Shown: positions 46,604 through 57,664, counted from the stretch's first letter. The stretch is 64,000 bases of DNA from Candidatus Zhuqueibacterota bacterium (GCA_014728085.1 WJMF01000020.1:74608-138607); one strand, 5' to 3'. Program-made: numbers and translations. The notes: a model not told the origin generated them from the letters alone.

Positions 46604-47551
46604 ATGAAATTTGTCTGTTATCTGTTTATTGCAGCCTTGGTTCTGTTCCACTGTTCAGCACAGAACAATGATAACGATATTCTTATCGGCGCATCCCTGT
46701 TGACCATGCAGGACGATTTTTATATCACCCTCGATAAAGGATTACACGATACGGCGGCAAAAATCAAAGAACACCATGTCATTATCCAGTCACGCAATGC
46801 AGATCTGAAACTAAGCAAACAAATCAGTGATATCGAAGATTTTATGATGCAGAATGTCGATCTGCTTATCGTCAGCCCGGTAAGCATAACCGCATTGGGT
46901 CCGACTCTGGATGAAGCACATTCCCGCGGTATTCCGGTAATCACCGTCGATATTCGTTCCGAAACGGGTCATGTAGATTGTCACATCATGTCCGATGACG
47001 TCAAAGCCGGCGAAATTTGCGGTGAATTTGCCGCCGAACTGTTAAATCAAAAAGGAAAAGTCGGTGTCATCACTCATCCCGTTCTTACATCCGGAATAAA
47101 CCGTGTACAAGGATTTCGAAAAACCCTGGAGAAATATCCCGACATCCAGATCATTAGCGAGCTGAATGCCGAATCGCGCCGGGAAAAAGCCATGTCGCTT
47201 ATGGAAGATATGCTTATTTCGCATCCGGATGTTGATTGTGTATTGGGTATAAATGACATCATGACGCTGGGAGCCATGGCCTCCATTGAAGGTGCCGGAA
47301 GAACCGAAGACGTTAAAGCCATTATGATTTGCGGTGGACAAAAGGAAGCCTTTGATCGCTTTAGAGCCGACGATCCCTGTCTTAAAGGAGCAGCACTGGT
47401 TTTTCCCTATATCATCGGCACCACCGCCGTTGAGAAAGCAATGGACCTGTTACAGGGTAAAAACGTACCAAACCAGGTTCTCGTTCCGGTTAAATTGCTG
47501 ACCCATGAAAATGTCGATATCCTGCAAAAGGAATGGAGTAAACAGGAATAA
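46604..47551 (+). CDS. Sugar ABC transporter periplasmic substrate-binding protein (RbsB/Peripla_BP_4-like)
   Basis: Signal peptide, then LIGASLLTMQDDFYITLDKGL...GIPVITVD...GINDIMTLGA, the ribose/galactose-type binding-protein fold. Confidence 0.75.
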   Translation: MKFVCYLFIAALVLFHCSAQNNDNDILIGASLLTMQDDFYITLDKGLHDTAAKIKEHHVIIQSRNADLKLSKQISDIEDFMMQNVDLLIVSPVSITALGPTLDEAHSRGIPVITVDIRSETGHVDCHIMSDDVKAGEICGEFAAELLNQKGKVGVITHPVLTSGINRVQGFRKTLEKYPDIQIISELNAESRREKAMSLMEDMLISHPDVDCVLGINDIMTLGAMASIEGAGRTEDVKAIMICGGQKEAFDRFRADDPCLKGAALVFPYIIGTTAVEKAMDLLQGKNVPNQVLVPVKLLTHENVDILQKEWSKQE

Positions 47552-48503
47552 CCCGAACCTCTTAGCCGCGGAGAATCAAGTGCGAAAACTGTTGGGCAGT
47601 TACGGTATTTTAATTGTCTTGTTCGTTATGATTGTCATCATGTCTTTTCTCTCTCCCAGATTTTTATCCTGGTCCAATTTTCTCAACATCAGCCGGCAAA
47701 TATCGGTGATGGCGATTGTCGGCGTAGGAATGACGTTCGTCATTCTGAGTGCCGGTATAGATCTTTCCGTTGGGTCGATTGTTGCGCTCTCCGGCATTAT
47801 GCTCAGCTTTTCTTTTCAAAAACTCGGGCTGCCCATCACCATCTCGATTGCCATCGGTCTGGCAACCGCTTTGCTTGTCGGGATCGTAAACGGGCTTTTG
47901 GTCGCCAGAGCCGGCATTCCTTTCTTTATCGTTACGCTTGCAACCATGGTCATCGGCCGGGGGCTTTGCTTTATCATAACAGGCGGATATCCCATTTCCC
48001 AACTGGGAGAGACTTTTCAGACCGTTGGCCGCGGCTATCTGGGTACCATACCCGTTCCGGTCCTCATAACCGTGGTTGTTTTTCTATGGGCCTGGGTGTT
48101 ACTGAATAAGATGAAATTCGGCAGATACGTCTTTGCGATCGGTGGCAATGAGGAAGCGGCAGAACTGGCCGGTATTTCCGTACAAAAAATGAAAATCTGG
48201 ATTTATGGCTTTTGTGGATTTTGTTGCGGTATCGCTGCACTTATTCTGACATCAAGGATGAATTCCGGTGATCCGAATATGGGAACCGGTATTGAACTCG
48301 ATGCCATTGCAGCCGTTGTTATCGGCGGTACAAGTATCACCGGTGGTAAAGGCTGGCTCGGCGGCACTCTGATCGGCGCCTATATCATTGGAATACTGAA
48401 TAACGGCCTGAATATGCTCGATATCTCGGCCTATTATCAAATGGCCATAAAAGGCCTCGTTATTATCCTGGCAGTGTTTTTACAGCGCAAGCTGGGAGAA
48501 TAA
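47505..48503 (+). CDS. Sugar ABC transporter permease (RbsC/AraH family)
   Basis: Ten TM helices with the conserved block MAIVGVGMTFVILSAGIDLSVGS. The true start may be the in-frame GTG at 47580 rather than the ATG at 47505, which overlaps the binding-protein gene. Confidence 0.8.
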   Translation: MKMSISCKRNGVNRNNPNLLAAENQVRKLLGSYGILIVLFVMIVIMSFLSPRFLSWSNFLNISRQISVMAIVGVGMTFVILSAGIDLSVGSIVALSGIMLSFSFQKLGLPITISIAIGLATALLVGIVNGLLVARAGIPFFIVTLATMVIGRGLCFIITGGYPISQLGETFQTVGRGYLGTIPVPVLITVVVFLWAWVLLNKMKFGRYVFAIGGNEEAAELAGISVQKMKIWIYGFCGFCCGIAALILTSRMNSGDPNMGTGIELDAIAAVVIGGTSITGGKGWLGGTLIGAYIIGILNNGLNMLDISAYYQMAIKGLVIILAVFLQRKLGE

Positions 48504-48522
48504 TCGCTGCCGTTCCCCAGGG

Positions 48523-49965
48523 TCAAACCGGCCACTCAACAATCGCCCCGTTTGATTTTAACCTTTGGCGCAAAAGCGCGGTATCCACCTGATCAAAGCG
48601 CTTGCCCTCCCCGATAACCTGCAGGGTAGCCGTTCCCGCTGCCTCACCCATCGCCATGCAGGGAGCCATGACCCGCAAGGGCCCCAGGACCGGTCGTTCC
48701 ACACTTGCCGCGCGTCCGGGACAAATCAAATTCCCGACAGGCGCCGGAATCATGATGCGATAGGGAATAGCGATTACCTCGCTTCTTTTGCCATGCCCGG
48801 GATTGCAACTGGGGTGCTCGGGGTCCGGAAGATCCCAGCCATAGGCGCTGTACCCGATAGTGTCGGCAAAAACGTTTTGCCGGTTCAAATCCTCTACCGA
48901 CAATCTGTAACGCCCTTTTATTCGGCGTGACTCCCGGACGCCCAGGAGAGGGGCGACCGCTTTAATGCGTGCGTTTTCAAAACCCGGAAAATGCTTCCGC
49001 ATGAGCCGCAACAATTCAATCGTTTCCTGCCGGCCTTTGATTACCCCCTCTGTAACCGACTTTGCGTCTGTGCCATCAATTCCAACCAGACGCGAGGTAT
49101 TGATCATAAACACATCCTGCTTGTCGATCTGAGTGGCGATAAAAATATCATAGGGAAATGTCCACTCTCCCCGCTTTCGCAGGGAGGCGATTTTATCGCG
49201 GAAACGCCTGGCATTATAGTTGTGAATAAAAGCGCCCAATTTATCGCGATCAACATTAGAGGCATGAAATTGCAACGTGGCGGCTGCCACGCCTCCATCA
49301 CCCTCCCGACCCTTTTCAAAATCACAGCCGCTACGGGCGGCAATATCGGCATCGCCTGTGGCATCAACAACCGCATTGACGGGTACAGCCTGCAAGCCGC
49401 TCTTGTTATAGAGAATCAAATGCGTAATGCGGTCACCATGCACCACGGGCTCCACAGCCTGCGTGTAAAACAGAGTTTCCACCCCGTTTTCGGCACACAG
49501 TTCATCCAGATAAGCAGCCATATGATAGGGATCAAAGGGTATGCCGGCAGTCAGCATGCCACGCCCCCAGCCATGTGGTGACAAACGTCCATCTGGATCG
49601 TCTTCCGGAATGAGCGCAAAACCGCGTCTGTGCGCTTCGTGGCTCATGGTACGGAAAATCCCCCCCACCGCCCAGTGCAGGCAATCCGTGGTTCGTCCTC
49701 CCAACCAGTGAGAAACCAATCCCGACGTTGCCATACCACCTAATTGACCCTGCCCTTCAGCGAGAAGAACTTTGAGACCCGCTCTCCCGGCAGCCAGAGC
49801 TGCGGCCACACCCGCGGCCCCGCCGCCGCAAACGATCAGATCGTAGGACTGAGTCATTGGAAGTTTTTTCTGCAACGTAAATGTCGATGCCTGATTCCCC
49901 TCCCTGGGTAACGAACAGGCCATCATTCCAGTGGCTGTAAGGCCGAGAAATTGACGTCGATCCAT
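48523..49965 (-). CDS. FAD-dependent oxidoreductase (PF12831-like) with a Tat signal
   Basis: Tat signal MDRRQFLGLTATGMMA. FAD-binding motif DLIVCGGGAAGVAAALAAGRAG. Confidence 0.75.
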   Translation of the reverse strand: MDRRQFLGLTATGMMACSLPREGNQASTFTLQKKLPMTQSYDLIVCGGGAAGVAAALAAGRAGLKVLLAEGQGQLGGMATSGLVSHWLGGRTTDCLHWAVGGIFRTMSHEAHRRGFALIPEDDPDGRLSPHGWGRGMLTAGIPFDPYHMAAYLDELCAENGVETLFYTQAVEPVVHGDRITHLILYNKSGLQAVPVNAVVDATGDADIAARSGCDFEKGREGDGGVAAATLQFHASNVDRDKLGAFIHNYNARRFRDKIASLRKRGEWTFPYDIFIATQIDKQDVFMINTSRLVGIDGTDAKSVTEGVIKGRQETIELLRLMRKHFPGFENARIKAVAPLLGVRESRRIKGRYRLSVEDLNRQNVFADTIGYSAYGWDLPDPEHPSCNPGHGKRSEVIAIPYRIMIPAPVGNLICPGRAASVERPVLGPLRVMAPCMAMGEAAGTATLQVIGEGKRFDQVDTALLRQRLKSNGAIVEWPV

Positions 49966-50032
49966 ATTTCTCCCTCTTACCTAAATTTATGAGTCCTTCC
50001 GTGGCGTGGACAGAAAAAAACCGGCTGCGTGC

Positions 50033-51094
50033 TTATTTTGAATGAAAGCGAACAAACTCTGCAATATCCATGGCCTCTTTTTCGTCCTGACACCAGATTT
50101 TAAAAAATACATTGCGATTCTTCAACATTTCAATATGTGCCCGAAGCTGATCGCTGTCGGCATCGAGCATCAAATTAACACCACCCGTAAGAGACATTAC
50201 ATGATCCAAATCCTCTATGGGGGAGACGGTCTTGGGGTCATGAGAAACCTGTAAAAGCGAAAGCGGCTTTAACTCTGACAACCGCGGAACATAGTGCATT
50301 TTTTCATTATGAATGTGATACATAACATAATCATAATGCTTAACCAGTTCCTGTTCATAGGGAAAGCCAAATTCCCTGTATACCCCCGGTGAACATAACA
50401 TGGCCGCATCGTTTGACACATGGGCCAGAGTTTTTGCAGGCAGCCAGGACTCGGGCATCCAAAAAATATGACCGCCTCCAACCGTATCCGACCACGCTAA
50501 TAAATAACGATAATACCACTGGATGGCTTTAACGAGAAATTTGGACAAGTCGTGCAAAAAGGCTTTCTCGAGAACAACATCCGTAAAAAAGGCATTGCCT
50601 CTGAGAGCGTTGGCAATATCCATAGGCATCATGGTGCCCCGAACCGACAAGAGGAAGGTTCCGTCCTTCCTCTTGTGCAGATGCCGGTATCCCCTTTCCA
50701 TATAACCGAACCATTCTGATTCTTCCGTTGAGACGAGTTTCCGCAAATCATAAGGAGAATGCAACACAGGTTCGGCTAAACAGGTGTCTTCCTGAAGCTT
50801 AACCGGCTGCCCCAGCCAGGCGCTGTGCTCTGCGATGCCAAATCGAGGACAAATAGAGGGAATCGTATCATCTTTGATCTTTTCTTTAACAGACCACTTT
50901 TCCCGGGCAGTGTCGAGTTGTTCATCCAGATAAGATTCGAGTTCGATATTCAGGTCATATTCATACAAGGGTTTGGCAGCCGGCGCCTTGAACGGAACAT
51001 GGCAGTCCAGCAAAAAATGACCCGGAGAATCGGCGTTATAAAATTTTTTGCAATTTCTGACCACACGGTCGAGTCTCTCTTCCAGTTTGCTCAT
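50033..51094 (-). CDS. Hypothetical cytoplasmic protein (possibly URO-D-like TIM-barrel fold)
   Basis: ORF of 353 aa with no secure motifs. Confidence 0.45.
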   Translation of the reverse strand: MSKLEERLDRVVRNCKKFYNADSPGHFLLDCHVPFKAPAAKPLYEYDLNIELESYLDEQLDTAREKWSVKEKIKDDTIPSICPRFGIAEHSAWLGQPVKLQEDTCLAEPVLHSPYDLRKLVSTEESEWFGYMERGYRHLHKRKDGTFLLSVRGTMMPMDIANALRGNAFFTDVVLEKAFLHDLSKFLVKAIQWYYRYLLAWSDTVGGGHIFWMPESWLPAKTLAHVSNDAAMLCSPGVYREFGFPYEQELVKHYDYVMYHIHNEKMHYVPRLSELKPLSLLQVSHDPKTVSPIEDLDHVMSLTGGVNLMLDADSDQLRAHIEMLKNRNVFFKIWCQDEKEAMDIAEFVRFHSK

Positions 51095-51097
51095 TTC

Positions 51098-52882
51098 CTA
51101 CCCATCCTGATCATCTGTTTTCCGCTGTAATGATTCGAGAAAATCACTCACACCTTTAAACGTCGCAATGGCAATGTCGTCAGCATATTCATCCGCCTGC
51201 ATGATCATCTCATCTTCCGGATTGGACATGAAGATTCCTTCGACAAGCACGGAGATTATATCGGTGGCGCGGGTAACGTAAAAGGGCGTAAAGACACGTC
51301 CAAAAGGAGCCAGCCCCAAATCGACAAGATGCGGATAAATAGCCCAGGCCAGCCCCCTGCTGTAGTGATTGTAATAATAAACGCTGGTTCCCCTTACCCG
51401 TATTGGATCACTGGAAGGCCCGATTGAATTGTTGTGCAAACAGAGAAAGATATGGGCATTTTTTAATCTGGCGATATCCAGTCGCGCCTGCAGAGAAAGG
51501 GTTGTATCGGCCTGGCGGGTCAAAAACACCTTTGCTCCGGCTTGCTCGAATTTGCGGTAAAGAGCCCTTGCCATTTTAAGATTAATCTCTTTTTCCATGA
51601 TACCGGTTGAGCTGACAGCGCCCAATTCTTCGCCCCCATGTCCGGCATCAATAACAAAAACGACATTTTGCAGGGGATTGGCGGGTGCAGGGGGAATGTA
51701 AGGCGGCTTGCGAATCGCCAAAATCAATCTATGGTCGTCATACTCCAGCGTATACCCCCATAGCTGTTTCTCTTCCAGTTCGACAATAATTTTTAACATA
51801 TCGCTGCCTTCCTGCGTCCAGGATATATTTGAAATGGGGGTTTCATGATTGGGATAGGTTATCCATTGATATCCCTGACGCGCGCCAAACAACGTCAGCT
51901 CCAGCCTCAAAGGATGATCATATTGATGAATCAAAAAAGGTAAGGGCTGCCCGATAGCCATAATCAACCGGTACCACTCTTTATTCTGAGAAAACGACGG
52001 TGTAGAAACTTGGGCTTTGGGCAATGGTGTACCGACGGGCAAAAGGTGGACATCCATGGCATTAATATAAGCAAAACGGTTTCTGCTCAGTTTAATTTTG
52101 TTCCGCCCCCCCACTCTGCCAACAATATGCAGGTACACAGAATCCGGTATTCCCCCGAGAATGGTACCCCCTTCACCTGCATTCCACAAATAGGTTTTTT
52201 CTCTGGTCATGCCCACCAATGGCAAAACATCCGTCATCACATAAAGCCGGCCGGAAGGCTGGAGTTTGACCTTTTCTCCGTCCACCCCTTTGAATTCAAC
52301 AGTGATCGCCAGATTTTTATTTGCATTTGCATCATCAACTTGTACAACCCCGTGATATATCCCCTCAACCCCGTTCGTCCTGGATGGCGGTAATTCTGTC
52401 ATCGGAATATTCTTCATCCCATCTTCTATGCTGAACACTGCCCTGCCACCCGGACTGGCCATCATTCGCACGTTTAATTTATCTCCCGGTAACAGCCAGA
52501 CATCGCTCCCGGGTTCAAGGCTGGCGGTATCTATCCTTGTCGGTAGTTGCGAAAGCGTTTCTGGCCTGGCAATATGAAAAACCCGCAGGGTATCTTGAAC
52601 CGTAGAATCTGCAAGGGTGCTCGAAAACAGAATTTCATTCCATCCCGGCTCTAAATCAATACGGCTGACAAATGCACCGTTTCTGAAAACGACAACGGTC
52701 TCTTTGTTTATAGACAGCGCTGCTTTTGGATGAGTGCTTCCTGCAAGCCTTAACCGGTCAACATAAAACGTGTCGTTGGATGCCGGATAGGTCACATTGA
52801 TAAAAAGGTCCTGGGTAAAGGCATTCATTCCCAAAAAGTGTAGTAGAAAAAAAAGAAATAATAATTCTTTTCTCCGCTTCAT
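51098..52882 (-). CDS. N-acetylmuramoyl-L-alanine amidase (Amidase_3 domain at the C-terminus, long N-terminal region)
   Basis: Amidase_3 core VVFVIDAGHGGEELGAVSSTGIMEKEINLKMARALYRKFEQAGAKVFLTRQAD...CLHNNS. Start set to ATG 52882 (MKRRKELLFLFF... signal peptide), which has an AAGAGAG ribosome-binding site. The track start is TTG. Confidence 0.75.
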   Translation of the reverse strand: MKRRKELLFLFFLLHFLGMNAFTQDLFINVTYPASNDTFYVDRLRLAGSTHPKAALSINKETVVVFRNGAFVSRIDLEPGWNEILFSSTLADSTVQDTLRVFHIARPETLSQLPTRIDTASLEPGSDVWLLPGDKLNVRMMASPGGRAVFSIEDGMKNIPMTELPPSRTNGVEGIYHGVVQVDDANANKNLAITVEFKGVDGEKVKLQPSGRLYVMTDVLPLVGMTREKTYLWNAGEGGTILGGIPDSVYLHIVGRVGGRNKIKLSRNRFAYINAMDVHLLPVGTPLPKAQVSTPSFSQNKEWYRLIMAIGQPLPFLIHQYDHPLRLELTLFGARQGYQWITYPNHETPISNISWTQEGSDMLKIIVELEEKQLWGYTLEYDDHRLILAIRKPPYIPPAPANPLQNVVFVIDAGHGGEELGAVSSTGIMEKEINLKMARALYRKFEQAGAKVFLTRQADTTLSLQARLDIARLKNAHIFLCLHNNSIGPSSDPIRVRGTSVYYYNHYSRGLAWAIYPHLVDLGLAPFGRVFTPFYVTRATDIISVLVEGIFMSNPEDEMIMQADEYADDIAIATFKGVSDFLESLQRKTDDQDG

Positions 52883-52974
52883 ATAATTTACTCTCTTTTT
52901 TAAAAAATTCTCTGTTAGGAAATACAGAATCAACGGATATAACCGGCATGATTAAAAACGTCAAAGATACCGGA

Positions 52975-53766
52975 TCACGGTTCACGGATCGGAGAAGTTG
53001 CGGTAGCGTCGCCAGAACCCTGAGATACTTTGCGCGCTTTGAAAACCATCAATCCACTGTGATAATCATAGGGTCGCGCATCAAAACCGCCATAAATCTG
53101 TTCCACGCAAAAACCGCACAGCTTTAAAAGGGCTTCCATCTCGTAACGAAAAACATAGCGATAGCTGTAATTTCCCGTTATCGTTTGGTTTTCATTTCCG
53201 ACTTTGTAATCATTCTGGATATAAAAGTGCTGTTTAACCGGATCATGATTGATTTTCGTTTGTATGGTTACTTTTTCATTGCCTTCCGCTCTGGTTTCGG
53301 AAAATTCATCCTGCCATACAGAGCCGGACAACAGGGGATAAAGGGGGACGACCACATCAAAAAGTAAAATCCCGTCATCTTCAAGGTGCTGGTAGAGCCT
53401 TTTCAGGGTTTGAATCTGATCAGACTGAGAGAGGTTATGCAAAAAAACGCGGAATGGCATCATAATGAGGGGAAACGTCATGTTCAGACACACCGTACGC
53501 ATATCAGCACAGCAGCAATGAACAGAAAGCGGCGCCTGGCGCGAACATTTTTCCAGCAACCGCCTCAGCATGGGAATAGATGAATCAATTCCGTACACGG
53601 TCACACCCTGCTGCGCCAGAGGAATAGCGATACGGCCGGTTCCGATACCAATTTCCAATAGTCTGTCAACATTCACAGCATGCCGCAGATAAAAATCAAT
53701 ATCATCAGATTTAAGGCCATATTCATCATCATAATAAGCGGCCAGAATTTCCAATGTGTCCTTCAT
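52975..53766 (-). CDS. Class I SAM-dependent methyltransferase
   Basis: Motif I LEIGIGTGRIAIPLAQQGVTVYGIDSS, and motif II/III regions. Confidence 0.75.
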   Translation of the reverse strand: MKDTLEILAAYYDDEYGLKSDDIDFYLRHAVNVDRLLEIGIGTGRIAIPLAQQGVTVYGIDSSIPMLRRLLEKCSRQAPLSVHCCCADMRTVCLNMTFPLIMMPFRVFLHNLSQSDQIQTLKRLYQHLEDDGILLFDVVVPLYPLLSGSVWQDEFSETRAEGNEKVTIQTKINHDPVKQHFYIQNDYKVGNENQTITGNYSYRYVFRYEMEALLKLCGFCVEQIYGGFDARPYDYHSGLMVFKARKVSQGSGDATATSPIREP

Positions 53767-53840
53767 ATGATTTTCCCGTCCGGGTAAAAAAAAACCGCTG
53801 ACAGCGTATCACTGCAGCGGCTTGTAAATTCGGTGTCCGT

Positions 53841-54398
53841 TTAAATCTCCATGATATCTTCTTCTTTTTTGATCAGCAGTTCTTCGACCTTGTTGGTGTA
53901 CTGGTCTGTAATCTCTTGAATGGTATCCATTGATCTGTGTAACTCATCTTCAGAGATATCATGATCTTTTTCCGCTTTTTTAAGCTTGTCGTTGGCATCC
54001 CGCCGGACATTGCGAATAGCGACCTTGTTTTCTTCAGCAATTTTTTTCGCAACCTTGACGAGATCTTCGCGCCGCTCCTGGGTTAACTGGGGAATCGGTA
54101 TACGTATGACGATATTATCGTTAGAGGGATTAAGCCCCAGGTCCGATTTTAGAATGGCTTTTTCAATTTCTGTCAGCATTGGCTTTTCCCACGGTTGAAT
54201 CACCAAAAGCCGGGGTTCCGGAGCACTGACGTTTGCAACCTGGCGTATCGGCATCTTGCTGCCGTAATAATCGACCACAATACCATCCAAAAGTGCGGGT
54301 GATGCCTTACCGGTTCGCAATTTGCCGAATTCATTGCGGACATTTTCAATTGTCGTTTCCATACGACGCCTGGTTTCTTTAATGGTTTCATCAATCAT
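53841..54398 (-). CDS. frr: Ribosome recycling factor
   Basis: MIDETIKETRRRMETTIENVRNEFGKLRTGKASPALLDGIVVDYYG is collinear with E. coli Frr. ATG at 54398. The track M at 54407 is GTG. Confidence 0.9.
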   Translation of the reverse strand: MIDETIKETRRRMETTIENVRNEFGKLRTGKASPALLDGIVVDYYGSKMPIRQVANVSAPEPRLLVIQPWEKPMLTEIEKAILKSDLGLNPSNDNIVIRIPIPQLTQERREDLVKVAKKIAEENKVAIRNVRRDANDKLKKAEKDHDISEDELHRSMDTIQEITDQYTNKVEELLIKKEEDIMEI

Positions 54399-54399
54399 A

Positions 54400-55158
54400 T
54401 TATCCACCCATCACTTTAGTTCCAATTTTCTCACCACAGACGATCCGTTTTAAATTACCGGGTTGATTCAAATTATAAACAATTATCGGTAATCGGTTTT
54501 CCATACACAGGGTAACGGCCGTGGTATCCATGACCTTCAGACGCTTGTTTACAACCTCCATATAGGTCAGTTCTTTAAACATGACGGCGTCATCGTGTTC
54601 CATCGGATCTTTGTCATAAACGCCGTCGACCTTGGTCGCCTTGAGAATAGCGTCGGCTTCAACTTCGATGGCTCTGAGCGCAGCAGCCGTATCCGTGGTA
54701 AAATACGGATTACCGGTACCGCCTCCGAAAATGGCAATTTTGCCGTTATTCAGATGTGAAAGCGCGCGCCGTCTGATGAACGGCTCTGCGAGTTCTTCCA
54801 TCTTTATTGCTGTCATCACGCGGGTTTGGACATCATAGCGTTCAATAAAATCCTGCAAGGCAAGAGAATTGATCACCGTTGCCAGCATACCCATGTAATC
54901 GGCGGTTACCCGATCCATTCCCCTGGCACTGGCTGAGAGTCCGCGAAAAATATTTCCGCCGCCGACGATAACGGCAATTTCAACACCAAGATGAGCAACC
55001 TGGCTGATCTCCTGCGAAATCCGGTCAACCACGATGGGATCAATACCCAAACGCCCTGTATCGCCCATCAACGCTTCGCCGCTCAGTTTGACCAGAACGC
55101 GCTTGAATACCAGTTTTTCTTTTTCTTTCTCGATGCTTTCAGATTGCTCTTTGCTCAC
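54400..55158 (-). CDS. pyrH: UMP kinase
   Basis: [14 protein letters not shown]...GIDP...[11 protein letters not shown]...[19 protein letters not shown] are the hallmark PyrH blocks. Confidence 0.88.
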   Translation of the reverse strand: MSKEQSESIEKEKEKLVFKRVLVKLSGEALMGDTGRLGIDPIVVDRISQEISQVAHLGVEIAVIVGGGNIFRGLSASARGMDRVTADYMGMLATVINSLALQDFIERYDVQTRVMTAIKMEELAEPFIRRRALSHLNNGKIAIFGGGTGNPYFTTDTAAALRAIEVEADAILKATKVDGVYDKDPMEHDDAVMFKELTYMEVVNKRLKVMDTTAVTLCMENRLPIIVYNLNQPGNLKRIVCGEKIGTKVMGG

Positions 55159-55208
55159 TCGCTATCCTGTGGCTAAACTCTACAACGGCTAAAAAACGAT
55201 TAAATCGT

Positions 55209-55802
55209 CTATTCACCCAATTCGTAACGAACAAACCTTTTGATGACAATATTCTCACCAATCGTGGTGATTTTTTCTGTTAAAAGCTCCTGAATCGTCT
55301 TATTCGGATCTTTTACAAAACTCTGTTCCATCAAACAGGCCTCTTGAAAATATTTTTCAAGTTTTCCGGCAACAATTTTTTCAGCAATATGGTCCGGCTT
55401 GCCTTGTTCCTTAACCTGACCGAGATAAATTTCTTTCTCCTTATCCACGACTTCCTGCGGCAGGTCTTCGCGTTTCACGACCAACGGCTTTGCCGCTGCA
55501 ATCTGCATCGCCAGGTCTTTTACAAAGCTCTGAAATTCATCATTCCGGGCAACAAAATCAGTTTCACAATTGACTTCCAGCAAAACGCCCAGCCGGCTTC
55601 CGGGATGAATATATGCCTGTACAATACCTTCCTTGGTTTGCCGGCCCGCTTTCTTTTCTACCTTTTCTATACCTTTTTTACGCAGATAATCTATAGCCTT
55701 GTCCATATCGCCGTTGGTTTCCTGCAAAGCGCGTTTGCAATCCATCATGCCTGCGCCGGTCTTTTCTCTTAGATTTTTAACATCAGCTGCGGAAATCGAC
55801 AT
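55209..55802 (-). CDS. tsf: Elongation factor Ts (short form)
   Basis: MSISAADVKNLREKTGAGMMDCKRALQETNGDMDKAIDYLRKKG matches the EF-Ts N-terminal UBA-like domain. ATG at 55802 with an AAGGAGA ribosome-binding site. Confidence 0.9.
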   Translation of the reverse strand: MSISAADVKNLREKTGAGMMDCKRALQETNGDMDKAIDYLRKKGIEKVEKKAGRQTKEGIVQAYIHPGSRLGVLLEVNCETDFVARNDEFQSFVKDLAMQIAAAKPLVVKREDLPQEVVDKEKEIYLGQVKEQGKPDHIAEKIVAGKLEKYFQEACLMEQSFVKDPNKTIQELLTEKITTIGENIVIKRFVRYELGE

Positions 55803-55834
55803 CAAAACAATCTCCTTAATACTAAAATTATATT

Positions 55835-56620
55835 CTATTCCTTCTTTTTTTCATCTCGATTTTCATCCCCGCTATCTGCCGTCGCCGTTTCCAACTGTTC
55901 CTCTGCTTGCCCTTCCACCATTTCTTCTACTTCTGTGCGGCCGGCTATGCCATCAACGATCGCATCTGCAATAGAATGAGTAATCAAATTGATGGACTTG
56001 AATGCATCATCATTGCAGGGAATGATATAATCGATAGGGTCCGGATCCGAATTGGTATCAATCATGGCAAAAACCGGTATATTTAACCGGTTCGCCTCAT
56101 TTACCGCGATTGCTTCTTTTTTAACATCTACGAGAAACACAGCGTTGGGCAAATGATTCATATCGCGAATACCGCCCAAAACGTTTTCCAGCTTGTCTTT
56201 CTCGCGCTCGATAGACAGAATTTCTTTTTTCGCCAATTTGTCATAAGTGCCATCGGTGGCAAGCTTTTCCAGATTTTTAAGCCGCTTGACACTCTTTTTG
56301 ATGGTAATAAAATTGGTTAATGTTCCACCCAACCATCGTTCGGTAACGTATGGCATACCGCAGCGATCCGCTTCAATTTTTATGATATCCTTTGCCTGTT
56401 TTTTGGTACCGACAAATAATATTGTACCACTATTTCTGGCAATCGAAGCGATCCGGTCGCTTGCCTCGCTGAGATGGGCCTGGGTTTTTTTCAGATCAAT
56501 AATATGAATGCCATTTTTCTCCATGAAAACGTACTTTTTCATCTTTGGATTCCATCTCCTGGTGAGATGACCAAAATGACACCCGGCAAGTAATAAATCC
56601 TGAAGTGATGGTGTAGCCAT
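55835..56620 (-). CDS. rpsB: 30S ribosomal protein S2
   Basis: MATPSLQDLLLAGCHFGHLTRRWNPKMKKYVF... Start reassigned to ATG 56620, which has an AAAGGAG ribosome-binding site 7 nt upstream. Acidic C-terminal tail. Confidence 0.9.
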   Translation of the reverse strand: MATPSLQDLLLAGCHFGHLTRRWNPKMKKYVFMEKNGIHIIDLKKTQAHLSEASDRIASIARNSGTILFVGTKKQAKDIIKIEADRCGMPYVTERWLGGTLTNFITIKKSVKRLKNLEKLATDGTYDKLAKKEILSIEREKDKLENVLGGIRDMNHLPNAVFLVDVKKEAIAVNEANRLNIPVFAMIDTNSDPDPIDYIIPCNDDAFKSINLITHSIADAIVDGIAGRTEVEEMVEGQAEEQLETATADSGDENRDEKKKE

Positions 56621-56719
56621 GGTATACTCCTTTATATGGGGTTTGTCCTCCATCCTCCCGGTATTGTAACCCGCATAACGATAACGGGCACCCCTTGCAG
56701 AAGAGGATGTGTGTTTTGT

Positions 56720-57112
56720 TTATCGTTTCGAAAATTGAAAGCGTTTTCGAGCCTTGGGTTGGCCGTATTTCTTACGTTCAACCATGCGGGGATCACGCGT
56801 CAGAAAACCGTTTTTCCTCAACAAAGGACGAAGATCTTCATTGGCTTTTACCAATGCACGTGCAATTCCCAACAGCAAGGCACCCGCTTGCCCTGACAAG
56901 CCGCCACCATTAACAGATGCATGAATATCATATTTCCCCAGGGCATCTGTAACCACAAGAGGCTGCTCTATAACCATTTGCAGGGTTTCGCGCTTGAAAT
57001 AATCCAATAACTCCTGGCCGTTGATCTCAAACTTGCCCGTACCCGGTGCCAAACGGACCCGTGATATGGAGGTCTTTCGACGACCAGTTGCATAAAAATG
57101 CGTTCCTTTCAT
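56720..57112 (-). CDS. rpsI: 30S ribosomal protein S9
   Basis: [13 protein letters not shown] ... C-terminal [12 protein letters not shown]. Confidence 0.9.
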   Translation of the reverse strand: MKGTHFYATGRRKTSISRVRLAPGTGKFEINGQELLDYFKRETLQMVIEQPLVVTDALGKYDIHASVNGGGLSGQAGALLLGIARALVKANEDLRPLLRKNGFLTRDPRMVERKKYGQPKARKRFQFSKR

Positions 57113-57153
57113 TTTAACTCCTTTAGTTCCAGCAATTTATAAAATAATAAACC

Positions 57154-57582
57154 TTATAATTCAAGTTTTTCAGGTTGCTGTGCCGTATGCGGATGATCCG
57201 GAGAAGCATATAGCTTCAATTTCTTCAACATCTGTCTGCCCAACTTGTTGTGGGGCAACATACCTTTTACCGCCTGTTCCAGAACAAACTCCGGCCGTTT
57301 TGCCATCGCGCGGTCGTACTGAATGGATTTTAAACCGCCGGGATAACGGCTATGCCGGTAATAAACCTTTTGCTCCGCTTTTCGTCCGGTTAAGCGTATC
57401 TTGTCAGCATTGACAACAATCACAAAGTCTCCAACATCCATATGCGGTGCCCAGATGGGCTTGTGCTTACCGCGCAATATCGTTGCAACTTTACTGGCAA
57501 GACGTCCCAGAACTTGTCCCTCTGCGTCAATCACATACCATTTCTTTTCAATATCGCCTATTTTCGGTGAATACGTTTTCAA
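57154..57582 (-). CDS. rplM: 50S ribosomal protein L13
   Basis: [44 protein letters not shown] start with a GAGGAG ribosome-binding site. Confidence 0.9.
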   Translation of the reverse strand: MKTYSPKIGDIEKKWYVIDAEGQVLGRLASKVATILRGKHKPIWAPHMDVGDFVIVVNADKIRLTGRKAEQKVYYRHSRYPGGLKSIQYDRAMAKRPEFVLEQAVKGMLPHNKLGRQMLKKLKLYASPDHPHTAQQPEKLEL

Positions 57583-57664
57583 AACTCTTACTCCTCTGTT
57601 ACATTTTTACATATAGCCTTAAAATATATAAAAACAGATCAAAATATGCAAGTATTTTATTAAA

